Origin: Candidatus Altiarchaeota archaeon
GTDB taxonomy: Archaea > Altiarchaeota > Altiarchaeia > IMC4 > SCGC-AAA252-I15
Direction: 5' to 3'
DNA length: 64,000 bases
NCBI GenBank assembly: GCA_043800255.1
Contig: JAZDNF010000001.1
Coordinates: 64,001-128,000 of the forward strand
This document shows positions 56,244-64,000 of this stretch, piece after piece. Under the pieces are notes generated by a model. It was not told where the DNA came from. It made no database searches and worked only from the letters and a program-made list of their open reading frames with translations. Every line of letters starts with the position of its first letter. The stretch's first letter is position 1. A program made the position numbers and the translations under genes.

Positions 56244-58313
56244 ATGGCAGTCGAGAGGAGGCCGGGCCAGAAGTCAGCCCACCGGGAGCTTCTTGTCGGG
56301 GAGGAGGGGGCTGTCGGGTTCATGAGGGAGAAGGTTGGTGGCGAATTCCCTCAGATAAAGGATTCTGCCTATAAGCTGTTCCACTCCAACCATGTCATCG
56401 TCTATGATAGCCCGGAGAACGGCATTGTGCAGCTGCGGAGGGAGCCTCGTTTTCTCTACTCGCAGTCGAAGCACGGGTTCGATAGGCTGTTTTATATCAC
56501 ACAATTGGCTCACACGCTCTTCCCAGGAGATGTCATCAACATGACGGAGATGATGTTGCCTGACAATATGCCAGAATTTTTCGGCTTCAGGAACCCTCCG
56601 ACCATGGCTGACGGCACCGTACAGTTCCCGACGTTCAAGAGCGAGCGCATTCCGACGACGAAGGCGCAGGAGAAAAGGTGGGCGGAAACTTTCGAGCTTA
56701 TCCAAGAGTCCAGGAAGAGGAGGTTCGACCTCTACAACAGGAATGACGGCGTCATAACCGAGAAACAGTGGGATGACATGCTCCTCAGAGACAAGCCTGT
56801 CAATGCGAAGGTTGAAGTGTATGAACAGTGGTTCAAGAATCTTGTGAAGAGGAGCGGCCTCTCCCTGAACGAGTTCGAGCTGAAGCTCCGGGAGGCCGGA
56901 TTCTCGCAGCCGCATCCTGAGGTTAACACGATACTGACTCCTAAGGCAGGCGACAGGCCGCGCCATCTGGTCTATGTCGAATTAGGCTCCCACATCGATG
57001 TCGGCAAGGTCCTAGAGACAATAGGCTCATTGCCAGGCGGCGAGCAGAAGAGCCGGGCAAACTATCTTCTTCTGAAGGCGTGGGAGGCTGAGGCTCTGGC
57101 GAAACATGACATCGCGCAGATTCCAGATGGGATAAGCCAATTGGAGAAAGACAAGTTTTTTTTGGGCGTGTCACACGATAAGAGGATTAAAACGCTAAGG
57201 GAGGAGATTGCGAATGAGAAGGGCGAACTTAAGGAGGAGCTTCCCGAAAAAGAGAGACCTACCATCTGGGTTGGAGAGCCAGACCCAAAATTTCCCAATC
57301 TCATACCGGTTGTCATACCTGCAGGCCCGATAGACGCCGCGCCGCCCCGTCAGCCTAAGAATCTGCCGTTCCCGTTTCAGGCGGAATACAGGAATGAGGA
57401 GAGGATATCCCAAGACCCTGAGTGGATCAGGGGCATGATGTTCGGCAGCCCGCGGTCAGGACATCCAGAAGGCCTTGTGGTGCTCCACATCAGGGACGTG
57501 CTGGAGAATATCAACTGGCTCGGCGCCGACGAAGACACTCGGAGTAGGCTGAGGGAAATCGCATTCGTACACGATACATTCAAGTACCAAGTGGATCATA
57601 CTAAGCCAATAGACGGGGAGAACACTCACCAGGCGTTCGCTGCCAAATTCGCCGAAAAGCACTTACAGGATGAAGGCGTTAAAAAGGTCATCAGACTCCA
57701 TGATGACGGCTTTCACGCATGGCAGTTGGGACATCTTGGCGAGGACTGGAAGAAGGCAGAGGAAGGGGCTGTAAAACTTATTAAACAGTTAGGGCCTGAT
57801 ACTGACCTTTTCCTGCAGTTCATGGAATGCGACAGGACAGAAGGAAAAAGCGTTGCGCCCCTGGATTGGTTCAAAAAAGTGGTTGAAGACAACAGGAACC
57901 CGATACCTCCGAGAAAAGTTCATCGAAAGGTGAACGAGCCTCTCGTTGCGGATTCAATAGACAGAGGCGTTATAAAAATAAATGAGCTGCTTGGGGAATT
58001 GCATCCTAAACAAAAAGACCCGTATGCCCTCATCGCCCTAACTGGTGGCTCATACGAACAACAACATGGATTCTTCAAACGGCTGCAGGAGATTAATAAC
58101 GCTGTCACATTCGGCTCATTCAATCACGTGCCTGACTTTGACGACTACCTCAGATACCATTTCATACACTGCGATCAATTCGTCTCAGCCTCCCGCATAG
58201 AGCAAGCCCAGGGGAAAACGCCTGACATAGTCGTCCACCTTCAGACCTCAAGCTTACCGAACGACAAACCCAGAATAGAGGCGAAAACCCAGCTGATAGT
58301 GAACAACAGATGA
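56244..58313 (+). CDS. Orphan multidomain protein with HD phosphohydrolase domain
   Basis: GHPEG..LH, FVHDTFK, NTH, RLHD, ECD; N-terminal part weakly kinase-like. Confidence 0.65.
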   Translation: MAVERRPGQKSAHRELLVGEEGAVGFMREKVGGEFPQIKDSAYKLFHSNHVIVYDSPENGIVQLRREPRFLYSQSKHGFDRLFYITQLAHTLFPGDVINMTEMMLPDNMPEFFGFRNPPTMADGTVQFPTFKSERIPTTKAQEKRWAETFELIQESRKRRFDLYNRNDGVITEKQWDDMLLRDKPVNAKVEVYEQWFKNLVKRSGLSLNEFELKLREAGFSQPHPEVNTILTPKAGDRPRHLVYVELGSHIDVGKVLETIGSLPGGEQKSRANYLLLKAWEAEALAKHDIAQIPDGISQLEKDKFFLGVSHDKRIKTLREEIANEKGELKEELPEKERPTIWVGEPDPKFPNLIPVVIPAGPIDAAPPRQPKNLPFPFQAEYRNEERISQDPEWIRGMMFGSPRSGHPEGLVVLHIRDVLENINWLGADEDTRSRLREIAFVHDTFKYQVDHTKPIDGENTHQAFAAKFAEKHLQDEGVKKVIRLHDDGFHAWQLGHLGEDWKKAEEGAVKLIKQLGPDTDLFLQFMECDRTEGKSVAPLDWFKKVVEDNRNPIPPRKVHRKVNEPLVADSIDRGVIKINELLGELHPKQKDPYALIALTGGSYEQQHGFFKRLQEINNAVTFGSFNHVPDFDDYLRYHFIHCDQFVSASRIEQAQGKTPDIVVHLQTSSLPNDKPRIEAKTQLIVNNR

Positions 58314-58347
58314 CAGTCTTTTTTACTCTAATGCAATTCCTTATACC

Positions 58348-58402
58348 CCGGCTGGAAATCCAGCCGGCAGATTGTGCCATCTTCGCTATCGCTCGATGAC
58401 AC
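58348..58402. repeat. Two short hairpins downstream of the orphan gene
   Basis: CCGGCTGGA-AA-TCCAGCCGG (58348-58367); GTGCCATC..GATGACAC (58374-58402). Confidence 0.45.
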
Positions 58403-58429
58403 TTAAAAAATAAAGCGGATGATTATACC

Positions 58430-59398
58430 ATGATCTTAGGCTTAGAAGGAACTGCCCATACCCTTGGCATTGGGATAATAGACAAAGATTTCAACGTATT
58501 GGTTGATGTGAGGAAAACTTATCAGCCCACGGCGGGGATTCATCCAAGGGAGTCGGCTCAATATCTTGGGGAGAACGTGCGGGGAGCACTGGATGAGGCG
58601 TTATCTGAGGCCAAGCTCAGAGAGGGCGATCTGAAGCTTGTGGCATTCTCGCAGGGTCCTGGGCTGGGACCTTGCCTTAGAACCACAGCGACCGCGGCCA
58701 GGGTCATAGCGTTAAAGAACAATATCCCAATCCTCGGTGTGAACCACTGTGTCGCGCACATTGCAGTCGGCAAGGTGCTCTCAGGTTTCAAGAATCCGCT
58801 GGTGCTCTACGTCTCAGGGGCTAACACGCAGATACTGGAGAAGAACATGGGACGCTATCGTGTCTTCGGTGAGACCCTTGACATCGGCATAGGGAACATG
58901 CTGGACAAGTTCGGCAGGGAAACTGGGCTGAAGCATCCAGCAGGCCCGAAGATAGAGAAGCTGGCATCAGAGGGGAAGAACTTCATAGAGCTGCCTTATG
59001 TCGTGAAGGGCACAGACCTCAGCTTTTCGGGAGTGCTGACTGCCGCATTGCAGGACTTCGAAAAAGGCTGCAAACTGGAGGACCTATGCTACAGCCTACA
59101 GGAGACGTCTTTTGCGATGCTCTGCGAGGTCACTGAGAGGGCGCTTGCGCATCTGAAGGCTGATGAGGTTATGCTGGTGGGCGGCGTAGGATACAACAAA
59201 CGGCTGCAGGAGATGCTTTCTAAGGTTTCCGAAGAGCATGGTGCGAGATTCCACACTCCAGTGAAGTATTGCGGCGACAACGGGGTCATGATAGCTATGC
59301 TCGGCAAGCTCGCCTATGATGCTGGGGCGAGGATGAAAATAGATGAGACGGTCGCGAAGCCAAATCAGCGGACCGACGACATAGAAATACTATGGTAG
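58430..59398 (+). CDS. kae1: t6A37 synthase Kae1 (KEOPS)
   Basis: LGLEGTAHT, GPGLGPCL, VNHCVAH, LYVSGANTQ, GETLDIGIGN, DNGVMIA. Confidence 0.96.
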   Translation: MILGLEGTAHTLGIGIIDKDFNVLVDVRKTYQPTAGIHPRESAQYLGENVRGALDEALSEAKLREGDLKLVAFSQGPGLGPCLRTTATAARVIALKNNIPILGVNHCVAHIAVGKVLSGFKNPLVLYVSGANTQILEKNMGRYRVFGETLDIGIGNMLDKFGRETGLKHPAGPKIEKLASEGKNFIELPYVVKGTDLSFSGVLTAALQDFEKGCKLEDLCYSLQETSFAMLCEVTERALAHLKADEVMLVGGVGYNKRLQEMLSKVSEEHGARFHTPVKYCGDNGVMIAMLGKLAYDAGARMKIDETVAKPNQRTDDIEILW

Positions 59399-59459
59399 CC
59401 CTCATATTTCCAGCGCTCACGCTTTATTACTTTTAACCTACCAATTTTAACTCTCTAAG

Positions 59460-61406
59460 ATGCCTGAACTATACGTCGGTGACGGGGGCCAGAAGCAGGA
59501 CCCTGAGCCTGAAAACCAGAAGACGGTTGAGCCTACGATAGACTCCTCTGCCATGAAATCATGGGACGACTTCGAGACGACAGAGCAGATAATCGTGCCA
59601 AAGCTCCTGATAGACCAGGTGATAGGGCAGGAGAAGGCTGTTGACATAATCAAGAAGGCTGCCAGGCAGAGGAGGCACATCCTCCTGATAGGCGAGCCTG
59701 GCACTGGAAAGTCGATGCTGGCTAAGGCGATGACTGAGCTGCTGCCTGCGGAAGACCTGGTTGACGTGCTGTCCTACCCCAACCTTGAGGATGAGAACAA
59801 TCCTAAGATCAAGATATCCCAGGCCGGTGACGGCAGAAAAATAGTGAAGGCTGAGCGCGAGAAGGAGATTGCAGCCAACCGCGGAGGAGGCTTGAATGTC
59901 CCGCTAATGCTGTTGGTCTTCGTCGCTGTGCCGCTCATCTTATACATCTCAGGCGTCATAAAGGACGGCATCATAATAGCGGCCATGATGGGCTTTGGGA
60001 TAGTGTTCTTCCTGCTTTTCGGGATAAACTTCAGGTCAATGATGGGCGGTCAGAAGACATTCACTCCAAGGATGATAGTTGACAACGCTGAGCGCAAGGA
60101 GGCTCCGTTCTATGAGGGAACCGGCGCGCACGCTGGGGCATTATTGGGCGATGTGAAGCATGATCCATTGCAGACCGGAGGATTGGGGACTCCAGCCCAC
60201 ACGAGGGTTGTGGCAGGCCTGATCCACAAGGCAAATAAGGGCGTACTCTTCATTGACGAGGTCGGCACATTAGGCAAGTCTCAGATGGACTTGCTGACCG
60301 CGATGCAGGAGAAGCAGATAGCAATAACTGGGAGGAGCGAGATGAGCTCAGGTGCGATGGTGATAACAGACCCTGTGCCCTGCGATTTCATACTCATTGC
60401 AGCAGGCAATCTCCACATAGTAGAGCACATGCACCCTGCATTGAGGTCCAGGATCAGAGGATACGGGTATGAGGTGTACATGAAGGATACCATAGAGGAC
60501 AACGACGAGAACAGGAAGAAGATAGTGCAGTTCATCGCCCAAGAGGTTACGAAAGATGGCAAGATACCTCACTTCAAAAAGGATGCAGTCGCTGAGATAA
60601 TAAGGGAAGCGAAGAGGAAGGCAGGCATGCGCGAGAAACTCACGCTCAAGTTCAGGGAACTCGGCGGAATAATACGGGCTGCGGGAGACATCTCAAGGGA
60701 GAAGGGGCACAAGTATGTCACAGCCGAGGACGTTTTGGATGGGAAGAAGTCAGCAAGAACCTTGGAACAGCAGGTCGGCGACATCTACCTTGACAAGAAA
60801 AAAGAATATAACATCCTGATAACGACCGGCAACAAGGTTGGTAGAGTGAACGGCCTCGCGGTCATGGGAGAGGGCGGGACAGTTCTCCCCATAGTCGCTG
60901 AGGTTGCTCCAGCTCAGAGCAGGCGCTCTGGGACCATAATGGCGACAGGAAAGCTGGGGGAAATAGCGAAGGAGGCTGTGACAAACGTCTCAGCCCTGTT
61001 CAAGAAGATGTCAGGCAAGGACGTCAGCAACCATGACATCCACATACAGTTCCTCCAGACGTATGAGGGAGTGGAAGGCGACTCAGCCAGCGTCAGCGTC
61101 GCTATCGCGGTCATATCAGCGCTGGAGCATATACCTGTCAGACAGGATGTTGCAATGACCGGCTCCCTCACAGTCAGGGGCGAGGTCCTGCCTGTGGGCG
61201 GCGTAACCCAGAAGATCGAGGCTGCCATAGAGGCCGGCATAGCTGAAGTAATCATCCCAGAAAGCAACGAAAAGGACGTCCTCCTGGAGAAAAAATACGA
61301 GGGTAAGGTAACGATCAGGACTGCGAAGACGCTCATAGACGTGATGAAACACTCCCTCGTCGGCGGCGATACCATAATAAAGAAGATGTCGAAGATGCTA
61401 GGCTAA
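59460..61406 (+). CDS. lonB: ATP-dependent protease LonB
   Basis: [10 protein letters not shown] insert, [23 protein letters not shown]. Confidence 0.96.
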   Translation: MPELYVGDGGQKQDPEPENQKTVEPTIDSSAMKSWDDFETTEQIIVPKLLIDQVIGQEKAVDIIKKAARQRRHILLIGEPGTGKSMLAKAMTELLPAEDLVDVLSYPNLEDENNPKIKISQAGDGRKIVKAEREKEIAANRGGGLNVPLMLLVFVAVPLILYISGVIKDGIIIAAMMGFGIVFFLLFGINFRSMMGGQKTFTPRMIVDNAERKEAPFYEGTGAHAGALLGDVKHDPLQTGGLGTPAHTRVVAGLIHKANKGVLFIDEVGTLGKSQMDLLTAMQEKQIAITGRSEMSSGAMVITDPVPCDFILIAAGNLHIVEHMHPALRSRIRGYGYEVYMKDTIEDNDENRKKIVQFIAQEVTKDGKIPHFKKDAVAEIIREAKRKAGMREKLTLKFRELGGIIRAAGDISREKGHKYVTAEDVLDGKKSARTLEQQVGDIYLDKKKEYNILITTGNKVGRVNGLAVMGEGGTVLPIVAEVAPAQSRRSGTIMATGKLGEIAKEAVTNVSALFKKMSGKDVSNHDIHIQFLQTYEGVEGDSASVSVAIAVISALEHIPVRQDVAMTGSLTVRGEVLPVGGVTQKIEAAIEAGIAEVIIPESNEKDVLLEKKYEGKVTIRTAKTLIDVMKHSLVGGDTIIKKMSKMLG

Positions 61407-61449
61407 CCTATTTAAAACAGAAAACACATAAGTTATTCCAATTTTTATC

Positions 61450-62379
61450 ATGGATTTAGAGGATTTGGAGGGTGTTGGGGCGGCTGCCGCCGAAAAACTC
61501 AGGGAGGGCGGTTTTGACTCGATAGAGAGTGTCGCGACAGCGTCTGTCGGAGAAATCATGGAACTCGGATTCTCCGATAACACAGCGGCCAAGGTAATCA
61601 ATTCTGCCAGGAAATCCCTGAAGATGGGGTTCGAGTCCGGTCTTGAAATTCTCGCCAAGAGACAGCAGGTCGGAAAGCTCTCAACAGGCAGCAAAGAACT
61701 GAACAAGCTGTTCGGAGGCGGCGTGGAGACGCAGGCGATAACAGAGTTCTTCGGCATGTACGGCTCCGGGAAAACGCAGATCGCCCACCAGCTTGCAGTG
61801 AACATACAGCTCCCCAGAGCGAAGGGAGGCCTGGAGGGTAACGCAATCTACATAGACACTGAGAACACCTTCAGGCCTGAGCGGATACAGCAGATGGCTA
61901 AGGCCGCGAAGATTGACCCGGAGGAGACGTTGAAGAACATATTCGTCGCCAGAGCCTACAACTCAGACCACCAGATGATCCTGGCTGAGAAGGCGGCTGA
62001 GATAATGAAGGAGAGGAACGTCAAACTGGTCGTGGTTGACAGCCTGACAGCACACTTCAGGGCGGAGTACACCGGCAGGGGCACGCTCGCGACGAGACAG
62101 CAGAAGCTGAACAGGCACATGCACACCCTCCAGAGGAAAATCTCAGACCCGCATAATGCAGCCGTCGTAGTGACAAATCAGGTCATGTCGAGGCCTGACA
62201 TACTCTTCGGCGACCCTACTGTGCCCATAGGAGGCCACATAGTAGGCCACCATTCGACCTTCAGGGTCTACCTTAGGAAGGGCAAGGCAGGCAAGCGTGT
62301 TGCGAAGCTAATAGACTCGCCGAATATGCCAGACGCTGAATGCGTTTTCGAAGTGACCACAGACGGAATAATCGACTGA
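61450..62379 (+). CDS. radA: DNA repair and recombination protein RadA
   Basis: N-terminal Hh[38 protein letters not shown]. Confidence 0.97.
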   Translation: MDLEDLEGVGAAAAEKLREGGFDSIESVATASVGEIMELGFSDNTAAKVINSARKSLKMGFESGLEILAKRQQVGKLSTGSKELNKLFGGGVETQAITEFFGMYGSGKTQIAHQLAVNIQLPRAKGGLEGNAIYIDTENTFRPERIQQMAKAAKIDPEETLKNIFVARAYNSDHQMILAEKAAEIMKERNVKLVVVDSLTAHFRAEYTGRGTLATRQQKLNRHMHTLQRKISDPHNAAVVVTNQVMSRPDILFGDPTVPIGGHIVGHHSTFRVYLRKGKAGKRVAKLIDSPNMPDAECVFEVTTDGIID

Positions 62380-62384
62380 TCAAA

Positions 62385-63551
62385 ATGAGAAACATAACTG
62401 TTGAGTTTTTGGATGCACTCCCCTTGGAGAAGCAGAAGACGGAGCTTGTTGAGAGAAAGGGAATAGGCCATCCCGACAGCATATGCGACGGCATAGCTGA
62501 GGCTGTGAGCCGAGCATTGTGCAAGGAGTACTTGGACAGGTTCGGAACGCTGATGCACCACAACACCGACCAGGTCGAGATTGTCGGCGGCCTGTCTGAG
62601 CCAGAGTGGGGTGCCGGCAGAATAGTGAAACCGATGTATTTGCTCTTGAGCGGGAGGGCTACCAGCGAAGTAAGCGGGAAGAAGATCAACACAGGCGAAA
62701 TTGCGATAGAGGCTGCCAAAGACTACCTGAGGAAGAACATAACAGAGCTTGACGTTGACGAGCACATCATAATAGAACAGAAGCTGGGCCAGGGTTCAGC
62801 AGACCTCCGGCACGTTTTCGGCAGAGGCGGCGTTCCCAAATCCAACGACACATCATTCGGGGTCAGCTTCGCCCCCTTCTCATTGACGGAGAAGCTCACA
62901 TACGAGGTTGAAAAATACATCAACGGGAAGATGAACATGCCTGCATCGGGGACTGATGTCAAGGTTATGGGCGTGAGACACGGCGATGACATAACACTTA
63001 CGATTGCGAATGCCATGGTGAGCAGGCACATCGACGACATGAAGCATTACAAGGAAACCATCAGCGAAATGCAGGATAAAGTCAAAGGCTTCGTAGGGAA
63101 GATAACCGACAGGGACGTCACAGTCGACATCAATACGGGAGACAACTATGACGCTGGGAGCGTTTTCCTCACAGTCATCGGAACCAGTGCCGAGCAGGGC
63201 GATGACGGCTCCGTCGGCAGGGGCAACAGGGCCAACGGCCTGATAACGCCCTACAGGCCGATGTCGATGGAAGCCACAGCCGGTAAGAATCCGGTGAACC
63301 ACGTCGGCAAAGTGTATAATCTGCTTTCAAAGCACATTGCAGCCGACATCGCAAAGGCTGGAGCTGAGCAGGTCTACGTCCGGCTTATGAGCCAGATTGG
63401 GAAGCCAATAGACCAGCCGCTCATAGCATCAGTCCAGCTTATCGGCGACAAGAGACTGGAGAAGAAGGCGGTTGAGGTTACAGACTACTGGCTTGAGAAC
63501 ATCGCCGAGATGACGAAGATGTGCGTCGAAGGCAGAGCAGAGACATTCTAG
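62385..63551 (+). CDS. mat: S-adenosylmethionine synthetase (archaeal type)
   Basis: ERKGIGHPDSICDG, HHNTDQ, NDTSFGV, GDDGSVGRGNR, AGKNPVNHVGK. Confidence 0.96.
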   Translation: MRNITVEFLDALPLEKQKTELVERKGIGHPDSICDGIAEAVSRALCKEYLDRFGTLMHHNTDQVEIVGGLSEPEWGAGRIVKPMYLLLSGRATSEVSGKKINTGEIAIEAAKDYLRKNITELDVDEHIIIEQKLGQGSADLRHVFGRGGVPKSNDTSFGVSFAPFSLTEKLTYEVEKYINGKMNMPASGTDVKVMGVRHGDDITLTIANAMVSRHIDDMKHYKETISEMQDKVKGFVGKITDRDVTVDINTGDNYDAGSVFLTVIGTSAEQGDDGSVGRGNRANGLITPYRPMSMEATAGKNPVNHVGKVYNLLSKHIAADIAKAGAEQVYVRLMSQIGKPIDQPLIASVQLIGDKRLEKKAVEVTDYWLENIAEMTKMCVEGRAETF

Positions 63552-63557
63552 TCTGAA

Positions 63558-63758
63558 ATGCATCCTCTTATCGACTCTGATAATTGCATCGGTTGCGGGG
63601 CCTGCGTTTCAGCGTGTCCTGTCAGCCCTAAGGTGTTCGAGCTCAGGGAACTTGAAGGCATTGTGAAGTCAGCGGTGGCGCATCCTGAATCATGCGATGC
63701 GCTGGGCGGATGCGTTAGGGCATGCCCTACAGAAGCCATAAGACTTGTCGAGGATTAG
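63558..63758 (+). CDS. Ferredoxin
   Basis: CIGCGACVSACP and CDALGGCVRACP (second motif has three Cys). Confidence 0.85.
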   Translation: MHPLIDSDNCIGCGACVSACPVSPKVFELRELEGIVKSAVAHPESCDALGGCVRACPTEAIRLVED

Positions 63759-63764
63759 CCTCCC

Positions 63765-64000
63765 ATGTTAGCAGATTTTCTCACCCCCTTTTTCGCGGTC
63801 GGCTTGGCGGAGTTCGGAGACAAGACGCAGCTTTCCGTCCTCCTGTTAGCTTCCAGAAGCAGGAATCATTTTAAGCTGCTGGTTGGCGTCATCCTGGCGT
63901 TCTTTGTCGTTGACGGTGTTGCGGTTCTCGCAGGCTACTGGATTTCCGACAGCATATCTCCAACCACATTAAAGACTGTTTCCGCGGTTGTTTTCATCAT
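63765..64000 (+). CDS. TMEM165/GDT1 (UPF0016) family transporter, truncated by the window end
   Basis: Own translation MLADFLTPFFAVGLAEFGDKTQLS contains the ExGDKTQ signature. Confidence 0.85.
   Translation, partial: MLADFLTPFFAVGLAEFGDKTQLSVLLLASRSRNHFKLLVGVILAFFVVDGVAVLAGYWISDSISPTTLKTVSAVVFI

Noticed and set aside
59460-62379. Inteins in LonB or RadA, which are common hosts
   Set aside because: Both have normal length with uninterrupted Walker A regions

Overview
Archaeal chromosomal segment of roughly 50% GC, with archaeal TFE, RadA, Kae1, LonB, EndA, archaeal-type MAT and aMBF1. The pathway content fits Ca. Altiarchaeota, but that taxonomy is an inference. Positions 0.8-25 kb encode an apparently F420-independent Wood-Ljungdahl pathway: NAD(P)-type Mtd, a GltD/NfnB-ferredoxin-MvhD fusion with MetV-MetF, FwdABCD with FdhD, CODH/ACS CdhA-C-D-E with CooT and two CooC, Mch and MobA. 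The rest is housekeeping genes interrupted by orphans. The most striking observation is a ~90-aa winged helix-turn-helix-like insertion between the two ferredoxin-type cluster motifs of the CO dehydrogenase alpha subunit. That subunit also appears to lack both D-cluster cysteines, has no adjacent cdhB, and lies downstream of three GTTTACA repeats, so it is a candidate enzyme-embedded transcriptional autoregulator. Other notable items are a tRNA-Trp intron with an apparently permuted C/D-box guide, two tandem Mrr-like proteins with degenerate catalytic motifs separated by four palindromic sites, a VirB2-like pilin among three GT-C glycosyltransferases, two orphan kinase-fold proteins and an IS200/IS605-like palindromic element. 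All calls are by-eye motif recognition; no searches were run.
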